From NCBI GenBank assembly GCA_964409365.1, contig CAYPCX010000008.1, forward strand, positions 265 through 64,264: a stretch of DNA of 64,000 nt, in the 5' to 3' direction. Below are positions 42,001 to 54,000 of this stretch, piece after piece (positions within the stretch are counted from its first letter, which is position 1; each line of letters begins with the position of its first letter). The DNA comes from an uncultured Planctomycetia bacterium (GTDB lineage Bacteria; Omnitrophota; Gorgyraeia; Tantalellales; Tantalellaceae). The notes under the pieces were generated by a model. That model had not been told where the DNA came from. It did no database searches and saw only the letters and a list, made by a program, of their open reading frames with translations. Both the position numbers and the translations under genes were made by a program.

Positions 42001-45000
42001 TCCGTTCTCCTTTTGTCCTCTCCGGTAACGGCTTCTTTCGCGAAAGCTACGTCCAGTCTTTCGTTCAATCCCGGTATTTCTCCGGCACTTCCGGTAAACT
42101 CCAGGACCGCCACCTGCGGCAATGCGCTGCTCACCAATTCCCTCTCCTGTGGCCTGTCATCAACAAAAACAAAGGCGTTCAATCCGATATCTAATGCCTG
42201 GGCTATTTCCTGTAAATTCGTCGCCTTGTCCTGCCAGTTAGCCTTGATCACGGCGAAGTCATCTTTTTCCAATACCATGCCGGGAAGACTTTCCAGAGCT
42301 TTCTCAACGTCTTTGAGTTCGTTCTTGCTGCTTATCGCCAGGATCACACCCCTCTCCTTCAGTTCCTTCACTTTTCTCTGAAGGTCCGCGTGCGGGGCGG
42401 TCACTTCGATACCGGTGAGACCGTCCTCACCCACGACCCCTTTCCAGAGCACCCCGTCGCAGTCCAGAACAAGGCATTTCTTGAGCGCGTTCGCGTCGTA
42501 TGCCCTGATCACATGGAGAATATCGCCTCTTATTGCCCCGATACGCGGCAGGTCCAGGCGGGTAGCTTTCCCGTCTTCAAAGAGCTTCTTCAGTTCTGCG
42601 AAAGCCGAGAGAACATTCGATGTTTTTCCGCACTCCATATTGTCGTCGTCGCGCCATGACCAATTAGCCCTGCCGGCGATAGCCGACAAATGGACCAGAT
42701 CATCGCGGACGATCATCCCGGCCGCGAACATCTCCTGCATTATTTCGAACGTGCCGTTAACCTCCCCCCACTCATAATCATATCCGTAACCGCCATGGCT
42801 CCACTGTAATGCCGCATCTCCTATACGGATCAACCCGGGCACATCAGCCGCCTCTACATGACCCTCGCGTAACAACTCTCCGGTTATGACGGAAGCTTCC
42901 CGTGTCAACTTCTCTTTCACTTTTTGCAGCGCGTTCTCTGCCTCTTGCCGTTTGTCGGCCTCTTCGGCTCTGGCGGCTTCTCCAAGAAATTCGTCAAAAG
43001 TGCCGATCTGTCGCACTAACACCTCAGGAGCTGTACAGCTTATGTCGATATAGTAAATATCGAAATAGCGCGCGCAGGTATTTATTTTATAAGCCGCCTG
43101 CTCTTCTAAAGCGGCATCCGGGTGTTCCTCTTCCCACGCAGAGATCTTCGCGTGCGCTTCGTCTACATCGCTGCCTTCTTTTAGCCTGTACAAAAGGCCG
43201 CGCCCTTTCTCGTTGAGGATAATATCCGAGGCGACATATCCCGATGCTTTCGACCGCTTCATGACCAGGATATCCCTGGAACTGATACGTAATCCCATCA
43301 AGCCGCCGGGATGGGCGTGGAATGACGTAGCCATTTTCCCCCGCATTTCCGGATGATCCAAAAATTCCGACAGACAGCCTAATCTGTGCAAATTCCCTTC
43401 GTCGTCAAAAATGACGGATCTTGTGCTGCCGCGGGATACTCTCCATCCTTCATCCTCGTCCATATGTATGTATCCCGATGCTTCGAGTTGGCATATATCC
43501 GTTTCACTGCTTTCCGCCTGCGGCGACAGTTCTGTCAACGACAGGCCCGTCCGCTCTTTAGTGAAGAATTCTTTCAAGGTTAACTTTTCTATGCCACACC
43601 TTACGGTGGTATCTTCCAGCCTATACGCACCACCGGCGCCGGGTTTCTCTTCCGAGCGGACTCTGTGTTGCCTTCCCTTGAACTTTAAATATGGGCTTCC
43701 TTCCTCAGGATACTTCAACACCCCTACCGGCGCGTTCTTCTCTGAACCGACAAAGAATTCTATAATGTCACCGGGATTCAGGTAAGCACCCGTAGCAAGC
43801 GTCTCTAACAACGGATCTCTTATCTCTTCCAGCATCCCTTTCAAATTTTTCATATATAAAGCTGAAGATATCCCGCCCGAGAAAACCGTTTCATCTTCGA
43901 TCCCGCCCCCGTCCAGCCGCTTGTTGTCTTTCTGTTCGAGATCCTCCACACCCGTTCTATTTCCGGCTTTATCTATGCGCCATACCCCTTCGGGCCTGAT
44001 CTCGTAAAGGTGGCCGTACTTGAAGACCTGCTCTTTGTCATCCCATACATAAGGCGGAACTACCGAGTAGATCCTTTCTCCCTTGTCTCTCTCTTTCTGT
44101 AGTTCACGTGTGAATGTTTCGCGAATGCGGTTTATATCTTTACCCTGGCCATGATAATCAGGCATTAAAATATCTACATCCGTCTCTTTGGCCTCCGATG
44201 CTCCCTCCATGATATATGGGGCGCGATATTGCCGTTCCCTCCCGATCACCGACGAACCGATCAGATAGACCGGCGGGACCCTTGAAGGCGGGATCCCCTC
44301 TTTCTTTACGTTTTCGGCGGTAGTTACCATCATCCCGTGCAGGGTAAGCAATAAAGACCTGTTCGCCTCTTTCGGCTTTGATACATCCCGAGACGGTTTC
44401 AGTGCTGACAATACGTCCCGGAATAATTCGACCAGTAATGACAATATACCGAGGAACGATGATTCCGGAACTTGCGCATTGTGGGTCAACGCCCCTTCCG
44501 CTAAGACGTCCTGTCTTTCTTCTCCGATATCGCCTGCCTTATCCTTTATGAAGTTAATGAACGGCCACGGATCATTCCTTTTAAAACTGAGAGCACTGTA
44601 TTTGCCGTACCATTCGTCCTTGTAACCGACCTCCGGCAGGCCTTCACGGGCGCGGATCCTGTTCATGATCTCCCAACCCGTCCTGTGGTTGGCATCCTCG
44701 AACGGATGCAAAGTAAAAAAGGCCAGGTGAGCCGCCGCCGCGAAGTTGGCCGGCTCTTCCAGTTGGACCCCTCTTTGATTGAAAAGTTCTACCATGCCGG
44801 CAAAGAAGCCGAATTGACGCGCCTTCGCGCGTTGTTCCGGAGCGCTGTTGATCCAGTCGACAAACTCCCGTCTCAAAATAGCCATTATTTCCACACCTTC
44901 GATAAGCATCCACCTTATACTATCCCCCGCGAAAAACGGGAATATTGTCCAGGTCCGGTACATCGCAACGGGCCTGTCCCTCAAGCCGGGAAGCCCCTCA

Positions 45001-48000
45001 TTTATCGCCTTTATGCTGCCTTCGGTAAACCTGGCCGGTCCCGCAGCCGCGCTATCCGCGTGCCGGACAGCAGCAGGTTCCGAGACTTCAAGGCCGTATT
45101 TATCTATAAGTTCCCGAACAAGTTTCTCCTGGTTTCTGGTAAGTTTTTCCGCATCAACCGCAGTATACTTATCCTTCACCAGCATCCCTGCTTCCGCCAA
45201 AGTGTGTTTCGCTCTTTCCCGGGGCATATACAAAGACATTTCCCTGCCCCCTTCGGTCAACTTTCTCATGCAAAAAGCAAGCAACTGGTGCCCCAGACCG
45301 ATGAACTCTCTTTCCCCTTCAAACTCATTCCTGTTCCATGGAGCTAGCTCTCTTCTTTTTAATTCATGCTTTTCGGCATCGTAAAAAGCAATGGCCTGGA
45401 TCTGGCCGTCATCCGACACGACATAATAACAGCTAAGATCGTTGCCACTTCGCAGGTTTGTATTGATGTTTACTATTCTCTGATACTCAGGATACCCGCG
45501 TTTCCTAAAACTTCTATCCACAGCTTCAACAAAATCAGGGTCATTAATATTTTCGGCATGAAAAACACGAAGGGCCTTTATCTTCTTTACCCTGTTGTCC
45601 AACACAAATAACTTGTCTTCCTCTGCCGCGTGCCGGGCCTGGGCCTGTTTCATCGCCTTCTCCGCAATATCTCTCGCGGTGGCTTCATCGCTGAGCTTTT
45701 TCGCTCTGTCCATCTCTTCTTTAGCGAGGTACATCGTCCCGCGGCCGGATGCCTTTTTCGGCTTCTTCCTACCGTCACTTGAGGACGTTCCCTTTCGGGA
45801 CACTACAAAAGAAAGTTCTTCCGGCTTAATAGAGCGTTTCTTCACCACACAGATGCTATAACCAAGTGGTCGAGGAACAGAGGAAACCAGATCGAACCCG
45901 CAGGTACGCAACATCCCGCTAAAACCTGTCCTATCCCATTCAATGCCCTGTCGCAGGCTATTCAGGGTACGCTGATTATTGAGGGTAAATGCCAATTTTA
46001 CACCGCATGGCATCACACCGCTTATGAGCATATGAAGGCGCTGGTAAAGTAGTTCCGAAGAGAACGGTTTGGTATTCTCAAAACAACCCCTCAAATAAGC
46101 CTCCCTATCTTCTTGTCTAACAAGCTTTTGGGACTCATCGCTTATAACGCGTAGTTGCTCTTCTATTAAAAGAGAATCCATATTGCGTATAGCCAGGTCG
46201 AACGTACCGTGGTAACTATCTATTAATTGAGAATAGTTGTGTGGTCCGGACTCACCCCTAACGAGTTCTCTTCTCAGTTTGGCATAATTGTTGATCGCGC
46301 CACAATCTACCGTAAATTCGGTTCCGGAATAATCAGATGAGATATTGCATTTATCCAAAATACCCGCCAATTTCCGGAAACCGTCCTTATCCTGATACCA
46401 TATCAGGAAGTCCAACCCGTTTTCTCCGGACCTTACCTCTATCGCATAGATCTCTCCGCTCAGGCCCATGATCTCCAGACCGTTCAGTTTCAGTAGGTCT
46501 TCATCCTTGAAGTCTAATGGATCCCTTTCCTGCAACCGAACGGTCTCTTGAAGGAACCGATCCGTCCCGGCGGAATCGTGTTCGCCTTTGATCGCTTCGA
46601 TCACCGGCGTCATGACCTTTATATAATTCGCGGTAAGGCTCGCGCTTACGGCTATCGAATCACTCAGCGCTCTTTCTTCCCCCTCTGAGATCTGCAGGTC
46701 CTTAAGATCTATGGAATTTATTTTTTCCATTAGAGCTTCAAGTGAAACGGCAAAATCGTACGCATTAAGAATATCCTTTTTGTAATCATCCAATGTAGGC
46801 GTTTCATCGACCTCATCCCGGAACATCAGGATGCTCTGCCAATATTTATATAAGGAGCCTTCGGCGGGATACTGCTCCCTTCTCAATGCGTCAAACTCGT
46901 CGACATATCCGGAAAATGATCTTACCGTTTCATTGTCTGCCGGCTCCTGAAGAAGGTTGAACTGTTTGGTGAACCAGTCTATGCCTGTCGTCCGGAACCT
47001 GAAACCGTCCGCGGACAGCCTTGCCATCGTATTCGCATCACCGATAGCAGCAAGCGCATTGTCACGGTAAGGGGAAGGGCCGTCCGCGCCGCGATCCAAG
47101 AAATACCAGCCTGATTCACATAACACCCTTCCTTCCTCGACCAGGCTATCAAGAAAGTTTTGTGCATCTTCTTCCGCTATACCCGCTCTTTCGCCGACCA
47201 CTACAAAATCTAAAACGGCAGGGGCAAGATCCAGGGTTTCGAGTATTTTCTGTTTATTCTCCTCTTCCCCTTCGCCTCCCTTCCTAATAAACGCCGTTCC
47301 TATTGCCATTCCTATTATTATGCCGAGCATTAGCAATAACCCGATCCCACTACTGAATCCAGCTGTCTTAATAATGCCGGGTGTTGCTGCTGGAAGCTGG
47401 GGACCGACCAAGGCAGATACACCAAAACCAGCGGCGATGCCGACACCCACGGCAACCAATATCCCGAGGACATCTTTGCCTTTCCCTCCGCGCTTTGGAT
47501 CGGTCTCTTTTTCACCCCTTGTTTCCGTGGCTTCTTTTTTCCGCTTTTGCATCGCCTCATTCAGCGCCTTCTCGTAAAGATCCGGCAAATATTTCTCCAT
47601 GTACTGTTTAGCCAAATCGCGTTGTTTTTTCTTCTCATCATCCTTTTTTTCTTCCTGATCTTTCCTGCGTGCTGCTTCCTGCTGCTTTTGCTTCACATCA
47701 GCCAATGCTCTCTTGTAAACACTCGAACCCGGATACGCTTCCTTTAAATATCGTTCGGCTACTTCGTGCCGTTTTCTATCATCCGTCCCTTTTTTCCGTG
47801 CCGCCATACCGAATACAACAAACAGAGCCGTCGCAACAACGGGCCATTGAGAGCTAAGCCAGGCGGAAAGCCGGGCGGAACCGCCGGATAGGCCGAGTAC
47901 CCCAAAAACAGCCTTTAAGACGGCTTTCACCATATCGCCAAGGGGGCCTGACACAAGCATTATGATAAAACCGGTTACGAGCACCGCTACGACAATATAG

Positions 48001-51000
48001 CCGAATTCCCTGCGGCCGAATTCACGTTTGAACGGCCCGGGTGTGATACTGTAAGACCTCGCAATGCGGCTCTCGGTTCCGGATGGGACGTCCTGCCTTT
48101 CACCGCTTCTTATGTCATCGGGCTGTAGTAGTGCGGGAGCTGGCGTCTTTGCCTTCTGCGGCGCGGGCGCCGGCGGACGGGCCAGGGCCGTCCGGCAAAA
48201 AGCCCCTATAGCCCTTTCGCCCAACTGCTTTAATCCGATACGTGTTTCGGCGATATGCATCCCGACCACGTTGCCCCGCGATATCCTCCTGGCGTTCTCC
48301 TGCAGTTCATCCTCCGACAACATGACATCCGTATCGAACGATACGAACACATTCTCGCCTTCGAGATCATCATCCATGACGTGCCGGGACATCCTTGTTT
48401 TCGACTTGAGCGCCATGAAAAGAGCAATGTTATTCCGGACCAGCTCTTCCCTGATATTTTCAAAAGTGGAAAATTTCTCGCCTTCTCTGGTCCTGTCTGA
48501 AAGATATTCGATCGCGCGGGCTATGCCTTTCTCCTGGTTTTCACCAAGCCCGCCCAGAAGGCCCAGGAACTCTTCCATGTCGAATCCTTCTATCCATTCA
48601 TCGATGAACCTGAAAAAGCCATCAAGGGGTTCCATCTGCGGAGAACCCGTTATGGACAACTCCCGGCCGGTCAAAATGCCCTTTGCAATTCCAAAAGGCC
48701 AGAATCCCGCGTCATCGAACCCGATTGAATGTGATTCCCCAGAACCTGATGAAGACTCCCTGGAACCAAAGTCTAAATGGTGATCCAGCGAAACGGCCCT
48801 GAGGGCGCCGCCTGCATATGCTTCCTTGAGGGCCTGGTAGAATGGAAGCGAAAACCGGTGCTGTTCCTCCAATAATACGGGAACGGCCCCTTCGCTGAGG
48901 GCCGTGTTAACGGCATGCCTGAAATAATCAAGCGCCGTTTCGTAACTCTGCGCCATCGCCCCCCTGTCGGGGGTGACTATTGAATGAATAACGGCGCCTT
49001 CCCCCAGAACCTGTCTTATCCTGTTCGACGGCATATTCCTGACAGAAAAGTTCATTACATAAAGCCGCGGGCGTTGGGCCCGGAATTTCGCCCGGTTCAG
49101 CTGTTCTTCGTCTTTCTCCGGGTCGGGGCTCACGGAGAGATCCCCGCCCCAACCGTATCCACGGGCTTCCCGTATCTTTGCTATGGTCTCCCTGGCCTTT
49201 TTCCGCGCCTCTTCCGGGGTCATTTTCGGTCCCGGTCTTTCGAATTCATCCAGGGACTTCCTGTATGATCCATCGAACCTCTCTTCTATTTCCTCCCTGG
49301 AGAATGATAAAATATCCTTAAGCGCTTTTACGTTCCCGTATCCTTTGCCGATGATCTCCTCTATATCCGTTCTTCCCGTATCGACAGGCCTGCCTACCTT
49401 TTCAAAAACTTCGAAATCCCCGACCAGTTTCAGTCTGATCCCGACCTCGGTCTTTATGAGGCGTATATTCGCTATGTGATGGTCGTAATGCATCCTTTTG
49501 TCACGGTCAAAATACTTGCACCTGTGGCCTACGTATCCGAGGTGGTGGATCGCCGCCGTGATCTCCGCGCTTTGATCTACGATCATCCCGTCCAGTTCCC
49601 CGCGGGTTATTCCCAGCTCTTTGACCAGGCCGTCAAGTATTGACGGCGAACAGAACTCGAGCCTTTTTCCGTCCTCATATTCAAAAGCCATGACGCACAA
49701 GGGGCTTTCGCGGTCAAAGACCTCTTTTTTGCCGTAAAGATCGTAAATACCGGCGGGGAACTTTTTGTCGAAAAGCGGCCTCATGCAATATTCCCTGTCC
49801 GGGAAAGCGCTTAATATGTCCGAAGCGATCGCGCGCCGCTTCTTTGTGAGCACTTTTTTCTTGTCCTCTTCTTTGCCGGGGATAACGACCTCGAATCGAA
49901 AGGCGATATTCCCTTTATCGTCTTTCCCGAAAATGACATGCCTGCGGAAAGACTCCGTTATCGGGCACATGAAAAGGTTGGAGCCTATTTTGACCGTCAG
50001 GCCCTCTTCCAGGGCATATTCAAGAGGCGCTCTCGGGTCTTTACTTGTCAATTCGAACGGAAATCTCTCCCTCAATGACGTTGCCAGCTTGAAGAATTTT
50101 CTCGCGTTAGTTTCATTCTCAAAAACGGCATCCCATGCCTGGGCAGGGGTGTTTATTTTCTTTGAGATATAAAGTTCTGAAGGGGCTTTTTTCCGTCCTT
50201 TGAAGAGAGCTGCGTGCGCTGCCAGCAAAGAAAGGAAAAGCAATGCGGAAACCGGACCAAAGCTGCCTTTCACCACCGGCGGGGCGAACGCGGGGTGGCT
50301 GAGCCAGCCGGAGACCTGGGCAAGCAATCCGGGAGCTACAACCGCCGCCAAGCAGATAGCGATACCCGCCAATACCACCAAAGCAACCCCGCCCACAAGA
50401 GTATTTCCCTGGTCTTTTGGTTTATTCTTTTTCTCTAATTTTTCTATTTTACGCAAGCAGGCCAGGGCGAATACGCGCACCGCTTCTACTTTCTCCTCTT
50501 CCGTTCCGGCTTCTTCGATCCGCGCGATCTCTTGCCCCAGTAAAGGCTTCACTACTAAGTCATCTATCTTTACGATTTCCCTAAGCGCCCTTGCGGCTGC
50601 CCTGTGTATATGAACGTTTTCATATGGTTCGATCGTTGGATCATCCGTGGTCAAAACATAAGACAGGATCTTCAACAAAAGACAACAGCTTTTCGATACT
50701 TTCCGTCGCTCTTCTTCGGGTTTAAGAGGATCTGACGCATCAAGCATGCGCTTTTCAAGCCTTATTAAAATATCATTTAACATCAAAACACGCGTACTGG
50801 CGTCTAACTTGAAGAATTGCACGAGGTGTTTATCGGCAACCAGGTCACCGGAATCTATCTCAGGCGTCTCGGGCTGTCCGGATCCCCCGACAGCCAGACC
50901 TAATAACGCGAACGACAGTATCCCAGCGAAACCACCAAAGCCCTTCAGGACCGGCGGGGCGAACGCGGGGTGGGCGGCGAGACCGGAAAGCTGGGGAAGC

Positions 51001-54000
51001 AGTCCGGCCACGGCAATAATAAGAACCCCTAAAATGACCACTGAAACAAGAACCGGTGTGAGCGCCGCCCCTTGCGCCCTGTTGTAGGAAACGGGCTGGA
51101 CCTCGACCAGTTCTTTATCTCTTTTCCCTTTCTGGTAGGTCACACCGATATGCCTTTGAGCTTCCCCGACCACATCATATCCGGGCTGGAACGCCCTCAG
51201 ATGCGGGCTTACCTTAAGAGCATCAAATACACTCAGGATCTCATCAGTGGTGGCGTTTAACATGGACGCAAGTACCCGGACGAGCGACTTGCGGTAATCT
51301 AACCCATTATCACGGATGGCACCCACAACCCTTCTTGCCAACTCTTGTCTGGGCGGAGGAAATTCTGCTAACGCGTTCTCGATAGCCCCTTCAACAGCTT
51401 CTTTGAACTCATTTTCCATAGCCGCTATCGGCGGTGATTCCGGCCTTTTGCTTGAAACCACCATACTGTATATTCCCCTCTCAGCTTCAATTTTGTGCGG
51501 GTAAACAGGAATGATCCCCGGCCACAACCGGACTACTTGGGCAGCCTTTTCCATTATGTTCAAGGGAACCTGGTAATCGCCTTTTTCCCAGTGGGACAGC
51601 GCGTTCTGTGAAACATGCTCACCATCTTCACTTAATCTTTCCGCAAATTCCGCATGGCTTAATTCCAGGCTCTTACGGAGCATCTTCAACCTCTCCCCCG
51701 CTTTGTCACGATACAGGCCTGCCACCATTTGCATGACACGCGGAGAAATCGAACGTATGCCGCGTTCCCAGCTGCATATTGTGATCTTCGGTATGATCTT
51801 TTCCGGATCCAGCTGTTCACCGAATTCCGCCAGATACAAGCCCAGCGCCATCCTGAACGCCCTCATCATTTTTCGTGACTGGTCCCGGTAGGTCATCTCT
51901 GTTTTATCCATGATCTCTAATGGGATCATATTCTTGCCGGTCTCCCAGCTGCTGACCGTTGTCGCAGGCACGGGGCTTTTTTCATTCAACAATTTCCCGA
52001 ACTCGTCCTGACTTAAGCCGAGCGCTTCGCGTAACACCCGCATCCTTTGCCCCGCTTCTACCCGGTAAACTTTTTCCGCGCTTTCCATGACCTCGAAAGG
52101 AATCTCAGTCATACCCTGTTCCATCCCCCCGACTTTGGGCACATCCATATAGCCTTCCTTGCTCAGCCGTTCTTCAAACTCTTCCTGAGATAACTTCAAC
52201 TTTTTACGGATCGTTTTCAATCTTTTCCCCGCCCGGCCACGGTAAAGCTTTTCCGCTTTCTCCATCATATCGAAAGGAACCGGGCTCTCACCCTTCTCCA
52301 GAGCCTTGATCTTTCTGTGATGCACCGGATACTTTTCATTCAGCAGCATCCAGAATTCTTCCTGAGTCATCCCTAACCCCACACGGAACCCTTTTAACCT
52401 TTTTCTCCCGCGTTCAAGATAGAATCTCTCCGCATCCTTCATGCGCTTGGAAGGAACGGTATATTCCCCGCGTTCCCATATGCCGAGGGTCCTCGGATGT
52501 ATGGGGTTTTTCTTGTCCAGTTCTTCTCCAAATTCTTCCCTGGTCAACCCAAGTTTTTCACGGAATTCCCTTAATCTTTTTCCCGCAAGGCCTGGGTAGA
52601 TCCTTTCCACGTTTTCCATCACTTCGAGCGGAACCGGGCAATTACCCTGCTCCCATAGCGACACCATGTCCAGAGATACATCTCTTTTGTCATCTAACAG
52701 TTTGCCTAATTCCCCCTGGCTCAACCCCAACATCAGCCGGATATCCCTTAATCTATTTCCTGCATGACCGCGATAGACTTTTTCCGCTTCCGTCATTATG
52801 TGTAAAGGAACACGGTTTTTGCCGTTTATCCACTGGCTGAATGTGCCGCCATAAACAGGATCTTTATCGCCCAATAACTTTGCAAATTGACCCTGATTTA
52901 AACCCGACCTTACCTGCAATATCTTTAGCCTTTTTCCCGCGCGATCGCGGTAAAACTTCTCTACCGCTTTCATGACAGCGAAAGGAATACTTCTTACACC
53001 GCTTTCCCATTTGATAACGGCGCCTACACGTACTGGCTTTCCGATATCCAGCTGCTTTGCAAATTCTTTCTGAGTCAAACCCAGGCTTTCCCGGAACGAG
53101 CTCAGCCTTTTCCCTGCCCGACCGCGGTAGAGCTTTTTCGCATCGTCCATCACGTCAAAGGGGATCTCGCTTTCACCGTTTTCCCAATCTCCTATCTTCC
53201 CCGGACCTATGGGATCTTTTTCGTCCAGCTGTTCCCCGAATTCTCTCCGGGTCAAACCCAGGCTTTCCCGGAACGTCCTCAGCCTTTTCCCGGCCCGATC
53301 ATGGTAGAGCTTTTGCGCGACTTCCATAATATGTAGAGGGACCGGATGCGTACCGTTCATCCATTTATAGAACGTACTCGGGTGTACAGGATCATTCTTG
53401 CGCAGCAGTTCCCGGAATTCTTCCACGGCTAAATCCAGTCTTTTCCGGATCGCCTGCAGTCTTTTGCCGGCAGTTTTCCCGGGAGATTCCTCTACTTCGC
53501 GCTGTGCCTGGAACATCACCCGGTCCAACAGTTCTTGGTCTTTCTTTGGGTCGGGACTTGCAACGAAATCCCCGCCCCGGCCAAATTCACGGGCTTCTTG
53601 TATTTTTGACCTGGTTTCTCTGGCTTTCTTTTGAGATTCATCCGAAGTCGTTCCCGTTTCTGGTGTAAGCGTGGCCCCTTGTGTCTTGCTCCTACCCCGA
53701 CTGACTGGCCTCTCAAAACGAAATATCGGTGTATCTTTCGGCCTCCTGGCGACAACATGGAGCCATCCGGCTTCCAGCGACTTCGTTCCATTTTTCTTCT
53801 CTTCTTTGATCTTTTCATCCAGAGACGAAAGCAGTATCTTCTGCAGGAACTTTTGCTGCTTCTTATCATCCAGTTTGCCCCAGATAAAAACGGTCACGTA
53901 GGGGTCGGAATAGAAATCTCTCATATCATCAAGGGGTATGCGAACCTTTTTCTTTTCAACCTCAATATCGGTAAAACCCGCCTGCCGGAGGGCTTCTCTA

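Noticed and set aside
51528-53471. CRISPR array or prophage repressor cluster
   Set aside because: The repeats are degenerate, in-frame 177-bp coding units within one ORF; no identical short repeats with spacers, and no cas or phage genes.
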